Shown here: in pieces, positions 51,971 through 64,000 of the stretch | Layout: each line of letters begins with the position of its first letter | How positions within the stretch are numbered: position 1 is the first letter of the stretch | Assembly: GCA_002633005.1 (NCBI GenBank) | Contig: NMRA01000414.1 | Span: 124,001 to 188,000 of the forward strand | Length of the DNA stretch: 64,000 nt | Source of the DNA: Phoronis australis | Taxonomy: Eukaryota; Animalia; Phoronida | Direction of reading: 5' to 3' | Notes under the pieces: generated by a model | Told to the model about the DNA's origin: nothing | The model's input: the letters and a program-made list of their open reading frames with translations, nothing else | The model's database searches: none | Program-made: the position numbers and the translations under genes

Positions 51971-54317
51971 CTATGGAAATTAAAGTTGTTCGGATGACCT
52001 CACAGCTTCACACGGTGAACAAGCAAGCCAAGCCAAATGTAAATAACAGCATCTGTGTTGCCTTCCCATTACCAAAACCTCAGTTTGTCGGAAACTGATT
52101 GCATCTTCCGATACCTTTCCAACTAAATCTTCGGTGGTAGCAACAATACAGTTACGGTACAATCTTAACAATTTTGGACAAAACTAAAAGACAAATTACC
52201 TTTCTCATTTCTCAAGGTATTCTATCATTGTTGCGAATGACCGAAATTTTTCAAAATATTTTCTGTTGGTAGAGAATTTGAACGTGGTAAAACATTAATT
52301 TAATGCTACAAAAGAGTTTGCACATTGCATGTGGCGACCTCAAATGATCACTCCCATCAGAGTGTAGTTAACTTTTCCCACAGCAGGGAAGCTGTGCAAA
52401 TCCACCCATTAATCCACCCTATTTTGAGAGGAGTTGTGATGGCTGTTTAAGACCGGGAGTAACCCCTTCCTGTCGATCGAAACTCCGCAAAACAGGGGAG
52501 TAACAGCCTCGATGGGAAAGCAACAGATATAGGTTTGGCCGCTTGCAGAGCAAGAAAACAAAACAGAAACTATTATGTGCACAAGTTGTTAGGACAATAA
52601 TAATAAATAGAAACTGGACACAGTAGAAAAGAAGTCAAAAGTCAAAGGTCAACTGCTTCATATTACCTCTTTGGACTCTCAATGCAAAGGGACAGGCATG
52701 AGGCGGGTATGCCACACACAAATGCATTGAGGAAAAAATGAAATCCAGTCAGTTTTCTACAAATTATACAAAAAAGGCAACGTATTAATTGAATTTTTCA
52801 CAAAATTTCTGATACACAGTGAACTTCGCAAACCAGTCTAGGTCAACAAAATATACAGATATATGGCCTTGTCAATATTTTCCTAACTTAGGAGCAACGT
52901 TATCATTTCCCATAAGTACTCGAGATAAATGGGTGCATTCAGTCATGAGTTCCTCCATTACTTGATACAAATTCGCTGCTTTTCAGAAAATGAGAAGTCT
53001 AACTAAAAATAATACTAGCCATTAAATTTAAAGGGACTACAGTATTTTTGCCGTGATTAAGGGGAACTTATCACAAGCAAAGATGACTTGCAAAGTGAAT
53101 ATAAAAGTGACAAGCAGAAATTGATGTTCTAATGATGCATTGTACATCATAAAATGAAACTAATGACAACATTAAACAACATTACCACGGTTACTATATG
53201 AAATTAACATTTAGGTCTAGGACGACACTTGAGTATATTCGTGATACACAACACACTAACACCTACAATATATGAGGATCAGTGAGGGATTACAATACCA
53301 ACACTTATGCAAAAAAGGAGATCGGGACCTTCTGTTTCGAGAAATAATAGTATTTCTATTATTATTCAATTTCCAACAACATTGGAATTCATCCACCAAG
53401 AAAATCAATGCAAGCAACAACATGTGTTCATTCACATTTATGAATTATAGCAAATGGCTAGCTAAAGAGGGTTTTCATTAGTTATAACGAAACTAGATAA
53501 TTTTCCAATCAGTAGCTCTTAAACCCACCGTTTCTGCCCATAAGAGCCTTCCGAGGCACTGCATGTAGATTCTTTGATATTTGCACCCACGTTTTCGTGG
53601 ACAATAAATTTAACAAAGTTAAAGTGTATGCGGGTTATTAAATTGTAAATTTCTGTAATTTATGCAAATTAAGGCCGTCATATATTCGAAACAGAAGTGC
53701 ATCTATTTATTAATAACAGTGAAATTTATAAATGTATGAAATTCAAGAAAAACAACATCGACTACGCTTTTCAAGAATTTTGACAGAACTCATCCGAAAT
53801 TGAAGACACATATTATGAGTACTGCGCTGTCCGCAAATTCATCGTGAACCAACCTGTCAACTCATTCCATTAAACTCATTGACCATACAATCACGGTATC
53901 AAAACAATTTATGTGCGGTGTCTAGTACCGCAGTTATAAGCACAAGTTGAACTTTCGATAATGGCATTCTGAAGTTGCATAAATGATGCAAAATTACGAT
54001 TTATCCACTTGCAAAATAGCTCTATTAAATTCACTGGCCGTGAAAATATGAAAATAAATCACCAGAGGTTCTTGGTAAGAAATCATTTTGCATAACGGTG
54101 ATATTATGACCTAAAAATTAGGGTTGTTATACTTCTATTGGCAGAAACAAAGCAGGCATTGGTGGAATAATTTAAGCACTGTAACTACCCTTTCTTAAGC
54201 TTATTAACTGGTCTTTTGTTAAATTAATATAGGCCAATTTTGTAGATTTTTATAGAACTGATTTTTTTTTCTACTACGAGATTAGTCATCATTCACTAAT
54301 GATCTCAATCGGAGTGT

Positions 54318-55021
54318 GAAGTTACTCGCGCGTACAAGTTGCACGAATGGAGGATGTGGTTTTGCTAGATTTATCTCCCAGGATGACCCAGATTTGAATT
54401 GAGCAATTAATCACACCCCCCCTCTCGTTTCAATTGCACACACGAAGCACGTGCTAGATTTATATCCCGGGTCGACCCAGATTTCAATTCAGCAATCAAT
54501 CACCCCCNCCCCCCCCCCCCCCATTGCAATTGCAAAGTTTAGATCGGGCCGCGAACGAATCGTCTGTGTTTTACTCGAGGAAACGAAATGTAGTCGTGTT
54601 CACTGATCTGAAACAGTACTTGCTGATACGGTAAGTGGACTGCTATTCAACTTTTATAAAGCTCCGTGGTATGACATTTCGCAGTGTGCTAATAAATTTG
54701 AAAACATCAGAGTTTTTAGCAAGTCTCGCGAAATCACCCTTTCAAAGTCAAAATCCTGTTTCTGTTTGAGCCGTGAGAAACTTTGTGGTTATTGGGTTCC
54801 GCTGATTGACCGAACTTACAAGTTTCGAACTCGAATGAACACCCCACGCCCTTGCCGGGTTCGGCTAAAATTTGGACATAAGCGGCCACTGCTTGGGTAA
54901 TCACCACCCCCGACTTTGGCCAATTTTCGGTTTAAGCGCCCACTGCTTGGGTAATCGCCCATCCTTTTCTCAGGGTTTCCCAATTTACGTGCCCAGGGCA
55001 TTAACTCACGAGTTAACGGTA
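54318..55021. mobile_element. Probable non-autonomous DNA transposon relic with internal repeats
   Basis: ~89-bp duplication (54363, 54452), repeated ccactgcttgggtaatc, right end ...cgagttaacggta, CpG-rich. Left end uncertain. Confidence 0.5.
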
Positions 55022-55175
55022 ATACTACATATATTTATTTGAACACAGAAAATTGTTTAATTATCCAATACAAACTCCCAAAGTGTAAGCTATGTTATCA
55101 CTAGCCAGTTAGTATCTTTTAATCGTACTTCACGCACAATATAAATTTATACATTACTGTCAAAAATATACTTAC

Positions 55176-55303
55176 CTAAACAAACAGAAGAAAGACAAAA
55201 AACATATTCCATTGACAGACAGAAATGCGGAAGACCGTAGGACATCGAACCACAACCTCCTTTTAAAATATTCTTTTCCGCGTCTTTTGTATAAAGCAGT
55301 AAT
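55176..55303 (-). CDS. TMEM135: TMEM135 exon 2 (ITALYKRRGKEYFKRRLWFDVLRSSAFLSVNGICFLSFFCLFR)
   Basis: 128 nt, ttacag / gtaagt. Matches IAAILRKRKLDYY...L..EILQSASFLTANG.....FFCILR. Confidence 0.96.
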
Positions 55304-55678
55304 CTGTAATATAAATACCACCCATTTCAGCAGCCATATTGAATGTGAACACAAACAGTAAACAAACGGGATCCTTCACTACTTCACTTTAGTGTTACGA
55401 TTCCTGAGTTTCGACTCCGAGGGCTGAAGCTGGAAAATTAGGGTATCTACCCCCATTGGAGAATAGACAAAAAAAAGTGGATACATTTGTGGGAGTTTCG
55501 TTGAAACCTCCAGGTGTCTCCTATGCAACAGAATTCTCATCAGACCTCACCTGAGCTCATCCAATTTTCACGTTTTCTGGTAAAAGAGAAGTGTAATATC
55601 CTCGAAAGAACACGTGAAGAGTTGTGAAACCTTACCGCAATAAGTGACATATCCTCAGATCAAGAGTTGTGGTCATAA

Positions 55679-55846
55679 CAGGGGCGACCCAGGATTTTTT
55701 TAAAATGTGTGTTGTTGAATCAAGAATTTTTTTTAAAAGGGGGTACATACAAGTCAACAATTTAAAAATTCTAGATAAATTTGATATCACTAAAATCAAG
55801 GGAAAAGGCAGTCTGGAACCCCTTGACCCCTCCTGATCCGCCTATG
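55679..55846. mobile_element. Short MITE, second copy, with 5-bp TSD cataa
   Basis: caggggcgacccagg / ctgatccgcctatg flanked by cataa. Internal sequence homologous to 50755-50912. Confidence 0.85.
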
Positions 55847-56074
55847 CATAACCAAACAATTATCTCAGATTGTGAACAAAATAAGCAAGTGAGATAATTA
55901 GTTATTTAGTGGGCAGGTAGTAAGTAAACCGGCAGTTATTACAAACTGTATCAGAGCATTTTGTAACCTACTTCCCGTCACGCCATTGTAGATGCTGCGA
56001 AATCACGCACTACTGACAGCGACACTACCTGTGTGTGCCCACAATATATGACTAGGCTTAGAAACACAGCACAG

Positions 56075-56170
56075 CTATTGGCCAAATTGACTCGAGGTCG
56101 TGGGTTCGAGTCTTGTTGGGTCACACTGGTAGACCCTTGAGACAGGTTTCTAGCTCCTCGGCTCAGTCTT
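56075..56170 (+). mobile_element. tRNA-derived SINE fragment
   Basis: Pol III B-box-like gaggtcgtgggttcgagtc followed by a core-like gtagacccttgagacagg. No cloverleaf. Confidence 0.45.
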
Positions 56171-57901
56171 AACTATATATTAATAAAGCACAATAATGGT
56201 TCAAGGCAATTAGTGTAATGGGCCCACATGTGCGGCCTGTGCATGTCTGCTACGACGTGTACCAGACCGCCTGCCATTATTTTTGTTAAACCCCAAGCGA
56301 TACACATAAATATTTCAAATGCCTTACCAATACTACGCAAATGTAACATTTTGTTGCAGGTGCTTTCACGAAATGATACCATAAAGCCAAAATACTAATT
56401 TGTTAAAACACCCAAGAAGACAAAATGTCCACCTGACTTGACAGTCCATCCCTATCAGCCTCTTTAATGTAAGAAACCTCCCACCTCTTGCCCCTAACTA
56501 TCCAACGGGCAATAATGACAAATGCCACTTAGGGTCTGATTCAGCAAATACCAGATCACAGACGTCACCTCAGATTGCCAACCTCACATGATGTCTCGCT
56601 GTAGTTCTGAATGTCCCACTTTTTCAACCCAAGTCTTCTGTCTTTTCATTGAATCAATGTTGGCAACAAAGAAAAGGAACAAGGGCTATAATGTGAACTA
56701 CAATAAGTGGTTCTTTTTAAGATTCAGGTGTATCCTTACAGGAATATCCTATATTACTACGTAAAACTACAACAAGGATAATGTGGGAACGCGCCCCGCA
56801 TCATTGGCGCATAAAAATTTTCATTAACGCCTTGTAGGAAACCAGACACTCAGAAACTGCGTCGCAATCATGTCTTATTTCATTCCCACTTCTTTCAGAT
56901 TACAACACAAGGATAATGCTGAGAAATTGAATCAAAAAGGACTGATGATACTAACATGACCCATAAGCCCTCCAATATGGTCCATAGGTTAGTGACCCGG
57001 TGGCCTATTGACCCTGTGGTCTATTGACCCACGGGGTCACAAACATATAGGCCAATTGACCCAATCACATTTTTTCTAAAAATGACCCTGCTACAATACC
57101 GAGGTGCAGGACCACAGGCACTCTCATCAGTTGCTCGACGTTGTACTAAATAAAGAGAAAGATATACAACTGCTATCCAATATAGTCGTCCACCACGCAC
57201 TTCTGGAACAACTCAAAGCATGTCAATTTGAGAGTAAGTCACGTCACACATTTTATGTCCGACTGCAACACGTTCACTAGTTACATTACCATTACCATTA
57301 GTAGGTCACCAGATTTTCCTAGTTCAATCGGAAGCATTCTCGGCAAAGCGTCCTGGCCGACTTTCTCCATTCACATCGATCAATGCGCATGCTCGTCACG
57401 CCACTCACAAAGTGACCAGACCACTTACATCAACTAAAATAGCAAAAGCAGGTTACTCCAGGAGCATGTTTGAGTACAAGCAAAATAGGTCAAGTTCTTC
57501 AGGGGCCTTCAAATTTCCTTCCGTTCCTCCTAATCATCAAGTATAACCACAGAAGCACATGAATGTGATTTAATTAAGTAAATGGTGGTCTCAAATTGAG
57601 TCAAATTACAAACCAGATCAAACTATGTCAAACAGGCAGATTAGAATATTTTACCCATGAGGAATCCGATGATGTCGTGTCCCCATGAGTCATAATAAGG
57701 TGATTAATGTAATGGGCCCGGCCTTGTGGCCTAAACACGCCTGATGTACCGCAAAAGGCATCAGACCACCTGCACTCCCTTTATAACTATGTCTTTGTGA
57801 TCTCAGCTTGTCATGATCGCAAACTACAGTCACGAACCTCTCTGAGTCGATTTGCATTCTGCATGTAATGTAGTTTTAGTTGATGTAAGTATTCACTCGT
57901 G

Positions 57902-58363
57902 CAGCCTTGTCCCCAAGCCTCAAGATGGCGCTGATCACTTTGGCCATTTGTTATTTGGTTATGGGAAATGAAATGTATCAGAATTCTGACACATTTTTGC
58001 AGAAATCACCAGAATATCAAGAGTATTATAATGTCATACCAACTTTGATTTTTTGCAGTATAATATAAAAATGAAAACTAATGGTATATTGCAGCAATTC
58101 AAGATTCGAAAACAGATTAATTTATAAGATACTATTGATAAAAAAGAATTAAAAAATAAGTAAGCCAACAACTTTTATTTCAAACAATCACCAAAACAAT
58201 GCCTTCTGCTTCATAAATGCCAGCAACAACGCCTGTGGAAATAATTTAAATCTGCCTTTGACGTCAAGGCAGCGGTCAATCATTGCACAGAAAATATTTC
58301 CTATAACCATGCCTAAAATGGCTAAACCAATTAGTACCATCTTGAGGCTTGGGGACGAGGCTG
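57902..58363. mobile_element. MITE with ~65-bp TIRs, Academ-like termini
   Basis: cagccttgtccccaagcctcaagatgg...ggttatgggaaat versus atttcctataacc...ccatcttgaggcttggggacgaggctg. No TSD seen. Confidence 0.75.
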
Positions 58364-58823
58364 TCACTGGCGATGGTGTGAGCAGCCTGACGAGCATAAA
58401 CATTGGTTGACGAATGATGTGAATGGAGGCCGAGACGCTTTCCACGAATGTTGCTGATTGGAGTTAGGAAAATCTGGATGTAATAATAAGTAATGATATT
58501 TATTGCATTTATTGGTATCACTGACACAGTGAACAAATGTAATCAGTGAACGTGCTGCAGTCGCAAATATATACTAGTGTGTGACGTACCAGTAAATTAC
58601 TATTTATGCCCAGATAAACATGCTTTGAGTTGCTCCAGAAGTGTCTACTGGACAACCAAATTAAATAGCAGCTGTACACCTTTCTCTACAATAGTGTCCT
58701 GTCAGGCGCCTGATAAGAGGACCTGTGTGTCCAGTTGTAAGGACAGTCGCCGGGAAGAGCGGCAGCCCAATTCCAATTGCAGATCGATTGTTATTCGTTC
58801 CCAGTACAAAACTGAACACTTAC

Positions 58824-58973
58824 AAAGTACAAGGAAAAATAGAGTTTTAGTGCTGCCTTGAAAATAAGCTTGCCGACATAGCATGAACTGTTAATACACG
58901 ACGGGTCCCACGTATGACCCAGTTCATAGCAAGAACAGTCCAAAGTTTGGAACAGTTTACTGAGCGCCGCCAT
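58824..58973 (-). CDS. TMEM135: TMEM135 exon 1 (MAALSKLFQTLDCSCYELGHTWDPSC...LKLYFSLYF)
   Basis: ATG in the context aagATGG, donor gtaagt. Matches recalled human MAALSK....CYEIGHTWHPSC...LKIYAPLYL. Confidence 0.97.
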
Positions 58974-59110
58974 CTTTTCCGCTGTTACGTTTCCGGTTTT
59001 TATGCGCAAACGCACCTACTGCTTTTTACTCTGGTACCCACGGTTTGTTACAATATATTTCGGCCCCGGGTACCAGACAACTCTAAGCCCCGTCTTCGTA
59101 CACGATTTTT
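58964..59110 (-). promoter_or_regulatory. TATA-less housekeeping-type promoter / 5'UTR of TMEM135
   Basis: CpG-enriched. YY1 consensus AAGATGGCGGC overlaps the start codon; ETS-like CCGGAAA near 58990; tgcgca near 59003. Confidence 0.6.
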
Positions 59111-59313
59111 CGCATTCAGTCCCGTCTTCACACTCTACCGATTAGATGGTCCTATAAGACTTACATCGATGTTTGTAATGGACTGTCGTCTGTAGTATAA
59201 AACTAGTGTTGTGTGTAGAAAAGCGTTGAGACTCATTTTTTTCGCGCAAAAAATCGCATCGGCGCTATGGCTCGTCGATTAAAATACCTCACTGCATCCG
59301 ATTTGTCAATAGT

Positions 59314-59404
59314 CATTTACAAGGGTCCCGGATATTGAGAAACAGTTTGATGCCCATTATTCAAAGGAGAAATTTGCAGTCAAAATCAGGAGCCTACGTA
59401 AGTG
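59314..59404. mobile_element. ~90-bp MITE, homologue of 10042-10135
   Basis: tacaagggtccc...ttgagaaacagttt.atgc...ttattc...ggagaaa...tcaaaat...gtaagtg is shared with the 10042 copy. Confidence 0.65.
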
Positions 59405-60599
59405 ACAATCGTGTTATGAAGTAGTGTACGACTTCTATCCCACTGCCAACCCTAAAATAGTTGTAGGCTACACGAAATCAACAGGCTACAAAGTCGCACA
59501 TGAAAATCGGAGTAGGTCTGCAGACAGGACATGACTACTTTGTGTACGACTATGTGAATGTGCAGACCAGGGGTCAGTGTCCAAGCTACGAACCGTGACC
59601 TGGGATTCAGCAATGTTCACATCCCTGAAGAAAATTTTTAACACTTAACTCTTGGTATAATGCAGACTAAATTTAAGCCTAAAATATTACCAAAATCTGA
59701 CCGATTTAATATTTTCAGACAATAAAAAATTCAAAATTCCGGCCATTGTCTCTTTTAGTGTTGATACTGCAGCGTTTTTAGTAGAAACTTTTTCATGCCC
59801 TGTATCTTGGTCGTATTTTTACAGATAACGTTTTTAAAATGTATTTTATAAAGTATCATCCCTCCCTCTTTTAGAATAAGGGACAAATGGAACTGCGTAT
59901 CCACCGTGTATCTCAAAGAAATTGATCTGAAATTCTTCGTGAAACCTTGTTGGAGAAAAACCAATCCATTAATTTCCGTGACAGATCCACGGGTTCCCTG
60001 TTTTACCTGTAAGACCTCGACTGATGATTCAGTGACAAAAATCGGCTAGAATAACACATATTGGATTTCCACTGTCCCGTATGATCACAATTGTAAAACA
60101 ACTTCCCTATTTAAGTGCAGTTTGACACGATAGTGTTCTTTAGAAACCAACGGGATCATATTGCCGATCAACAGTAGCTCAGTGCCTAGACTTTTGTTGT
60201 TTGCTTACAAGTGTATCCCGTCTTCATTGAAGTGTTATTCAGCCCGGGCTATTATTCTCATTTCTAATCATTGAAACATCGAGACTGACGAGGTAATCGA
60301 AACAACAATAGCAGGCATGCGGCGATGTAAATTAACCCACAATCATTATGAATACTCAATAGTGTTCCGTTGTGAGTAATAGGCACTTATGTGAAAGCTA
60401 TCCGCAGACCTTTTTATAAGAGACCATCCAATTAGGGTAAGTCATCGAGATAGCCAATATACAACCTCTCCAGCCCAAATCACATTACCTGAATGTGTGT
60501 TCAGTTCGGGGCTCAGTTTACGTGCTTGGCAAAATGAAATAGGAGTTTTTGTTCCCTCTGTAAACTGGGTTTGTTTACTCAAGAACTCGTTTTGTTAAG

Positions 60600-60830
60600 T
60601 ATTCCGTCTTAGTGTACACAATGCGAGTGTCAATCGCAGTCCTCTGAAATTATGTGTTTATCGCTTCAACAGTGGATGAGTCAATAGTGCTAACTGCGGG
60701 CATACATGGGCTTCATCCAATGTGAAAATGTTGAAATGCGCTTTCAATTCGACTAATGGACGCACCAAACACTCCCATTGTTGGCCCACTTTGCCACAAT
60801 ACCAGCTTAATTCCTCAAACAAAACAACAT
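60600..60830 (-). pseudogene. Possible decayed death-domain exon
   Basis: After acceptor tttgctcctag: EELSWYCGKVGQQWECLVRPL...LLKR*...LALCTLRRN. Pattern resembles death domains, with the stop at the second conserved Trp position. Judged by eye only. Confidence 0.35.
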
Positions 60831-63800
60831 CTAGGAGCAAACATGGCCCCTCACGATAAATCCATTTACATCAAAACTCGACCAGTTTTCGTTTAGTTCA
60901 TTTACTGTGGATTACTTGATCTTTTGTTTCCGCGATTGCCATTCAAATCGTACATCAGACATATAACAGTAACATGCCTGCGTTGACGCACTCGTAAATT
61001 CGATGCACCAGAAAGGCAATTAAATTTTTTTCTGACACAAATCTAAATTTTTGCAGAGTGATTCGATAAAAAGTCTCTAGTCAATATGCACTCTAAAAAG
61101 AGTTGAAATCACATACCACCTTTCTAATGACAAACTTGAATATATTATTTTATGAGTACAGTCCTGCGAAGCTTTTCGTCATATTCTCAAGTGGATTCTG
61201 ATTACATTTTCCGGAATTATGGATTGTTACTTTAATTAGACAAAAACGACCGCCGTCACGACTAATAAACCCAGAACATTGCAGGCAACACCTACAAAGA
61301 CTCAATTACATTACAATAATTGGCGCGTGTTCAATATCGTAAATGCACCGCGGAAATAGTCTGTTTATTAATAAAACGCACTAAATGTGATTATGTCGAC
61401 GACATTACAATCTACAAACCCTATTTGCACCCATTAGTTAGTAATAATTCCGAATAAAAAATTCTACCCATAAAAGTGTCACAGCAAGATATATTGAAAG
61501 CAATGTTGCGTCGCGTAAGCCCAGCTTCGGGCGTGAATAAATAGTCTTTTCTATTGCTCCCTTGCTCGACAAAGGAGCAGCAGGGGCTGGTATTTGGATA
61601 AACACAACAAGCGCCGAAAAGGTTCCACAAATATTGCCAGGGTATAAAGACGAGTTTTCTTCCCGTGTATTGATATCTACTCAAGCTCAGCTGTATGCCT
61701 CTGAGACGTCTGTCTGCCTGATTTAGTTTACCGGGTTGTGAATTTCAGTTTGAATTGGCACTCCTCTGTTGTGTAGATCGAGCAATTTCACATCAGATTA
61801 AGCATAGCCAGGACTCTTTTTGTTATAACAAATGCGAAATTTGTTTGTCAGCGATAAATAGACTTCTAAATAAAAGTTTAACATGTCCGGAAGGTTGTTA
61901 AATAAATATTTACAGCCTTACAAAGATTTATACCATCTCTACTGGGCAAAATAAATAGATAAATTGAAAATCAATAATGTATTTAAGTCGTGTAAAAATT
62001 TGCCTGCTCATTCTGGGGGTGAATGTACGAAAAATTGCTTCTTTGAACATTCTTTCAGTTCAATTAGATTCTCTAAAAGCGATAATTGAAAACTTTTATC
62101 CCTTTTTTCTATTTGTGATTTATTGTTGACCGTGTCCTGAATATATTGATGAAAAGCGAATCTTTGTAAAATTGAATGCGATTCAACGACGCCAATATTT
62201 ACCAATATCCTACTACTGACCACTGTTTCTTCATCAACAGTAATAAGCATATGTTGTTCTTAAAACGTTAGCACCTGCAGCCCTTTTATTAAAATTTCAA
62301 TGCAGTGATGAAATATTAAGATATGGTTTCCATTCCTAAATCGAGACGTATGTTTCACACTTGTGAGCGTAAATCATTAAGTGAAACATTGTCTCAGGCT
62401 TCAGTGAATGTCTAAAACGGTTATTTAGGTTTGTTTTCACGACGTGCTTAAATCCTACGAAAATCACCATGGCGATACCGAAAAAATGAAAGCTTGTTAG
62501 GTAATCAAGACACTATTTAGTTTTTACCCGGATGCCATTCACGTTATTTCTGTGCAGTCAAAAGGCACGGTTATGTAGTTTCCTTGTCTTTCTCCGGTTT
62601 TAATCTGGTATAAATTCAGCTGGTGTTTGCATTGCGAGTTTTATTTATTCCGATGAATGAGATTACGCGTGGAACTGGCGAACAAATAGAGCCGTGTCAG
62701 TTTGCGTTGATAAAAATTACCATAATTGACCATAACGAGCGGATCCGTTATAACACAAAGGAAGAACCACATGGCCGTTCATGTCGTATGGTGAAGGCCA
62801 TAAGTCATCGTTCGCTGATGAAATAATAACACTGCTGCTTAAAAATGATAGTAATGACTTACGACATATTTACTAATTAAAGTTCAAAGGTTGAATCCAC
62901 ACCTGTCTGACTGGTTGTGAAAATCTTTCGAGTCAAATTATGAGGGTAGGAAGCTATTCGTGTTTCGTCAATTCATATATTTACAATGGGACTTCAGCCT
63001 GGTAATAGATGCCGCATGCGTCCCATGTGTAATTAAATGGGGTTTTCCAGCTGTCACAATAAAAAAATTAAATTCCTTCCCGCGCCTGTCGTTCCCCTGT
63101 CTCATCTCCTGTTGAGGAGCGAGACTTTTTAAAAAAAGGAAAGGTGTATCTGGAATTATGTTGACGCCACAAGACACGAAGAGTCATTATTTTGATTTAT
63201 GTGCATCGTTATAAGTCTGACGAAGACGCATTTGACAATTTGAGACATCAACAGCGACGCAGTTATAACTAGGGCAGTATAGAGCGACAGGTACAAAAAT
63301 AATCTGGTACGGCGTTTCGATGGAATGGAGCAAAGTTGGTGATCACTAGATAAAAATGGAAAATTATTTAACACCTAAAATTTTGTGTTAATTTTGAATT
63401 CGAGAAGTCCGACTTTTGTTTATTGACTAACACGTGGATTTCTGAAAACAGAATGAACTTCGTTGTAAAATTCTAACTTGTAGGTACACGTGCCTAAATC
63501 AACGTAAACTTTTGATGGTAACTGCAGCAGGGTTCCCCCGAGTGTAAACTTCTGGGCGGCCCGCCACTCTCCTTTTTGGCCCCGCCACTCTTAAATCATA
63601 CTCAAATTGACTGCCACACACCTAATCGCAAGTTGTGTGCTCCTTTCATACCACACAGTCTCACCATCTTCTTGTAAATTTTAATAATAGCGATTTCGTC
63701 CGCGTAGATGCTATTTCGGGCGATGTTGACAAGAACGCAAGCGTGACGACGTTTGCGGTTACATTGCAATATATCATACAAAAGGCGACATCTGCTGAAT

Positions 63801-64000
63801 AGAGGTTAAGTGACGGCATTGTGACTTCCTGACACGTTCGTTTAATCAGTTCGCTTGAACACATCTCGGGAATGACGGATCACAGGAAGCATCTTGATAT
63901 TTTCAAGATGACAAACTTTGCTATAGCCAGGGCGTATGGGAAAGAGCGCATATTATCGCTTCAGCGCCATGGTTCTCGTTGACGCAATACACACTTTGTT

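Noticed and set aside
56075-56170. tRNA gene
   Set aside because: Only a B-box/T-loop-like motif is present, with no acceptor stem, D arm or terminator. Treated as a SINE relic.
60285-60312. ctgacgaggtaatcgaaac hammerhead core match
   Set aside because: Stem II is only about 1 bp, and no stem I/III pairing or cleavage triplet is positioned correctly.
63525-64000. GC-richer end of the window (cagggttccc, repeated cccgccactct) as a promoter or gene start
   Set aside because: Looks more like the left end of a DNA transposon, but no matching end or coding evidence lies within the window.

Overview
AT-rich invertebrate animal genomic DNA with spliceosomal introns; the species cannot be determined from this window. 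It holds two convergent genes. (1) The last 4-5 coding exons of androglobin (ADGB, + strand, stop at 4696). (2) A complete 12-exon TMEM135 gene (- strand, ATG 58973, stop 7320, 1332 nt CDS, 443 aa) with a ~31-kb sixth intron. All GT-AG junctions were phase-checked by hand, and the two 3' ends meet at opposed AATAAA signals near 5580-5610. The introns carry many transposon relics: a TTAA-flanked Kolobok-like element with a THAP remnant and a nested Penelope GIY-YIG fragment, a 5'-truncated L1/Tx1-type insertion with a 14-bp TSD, a hAT MITE with an 8-bp TSD, a MITE family with 5-bp TSDs, other MITEs and minisatellites. A 786-bp duplication around a single N is probably an assembly artefact. The most unusual candidates are a hammerhead-like Penelope motif inside a hairpin in the TMEM135 3'UTR and a possible decayed CARD/death-domain gene upstream of TMEM135. 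No clearly novel multi-gene system is supported. Protein identifications rest on recalled human sequences, not on database searches.
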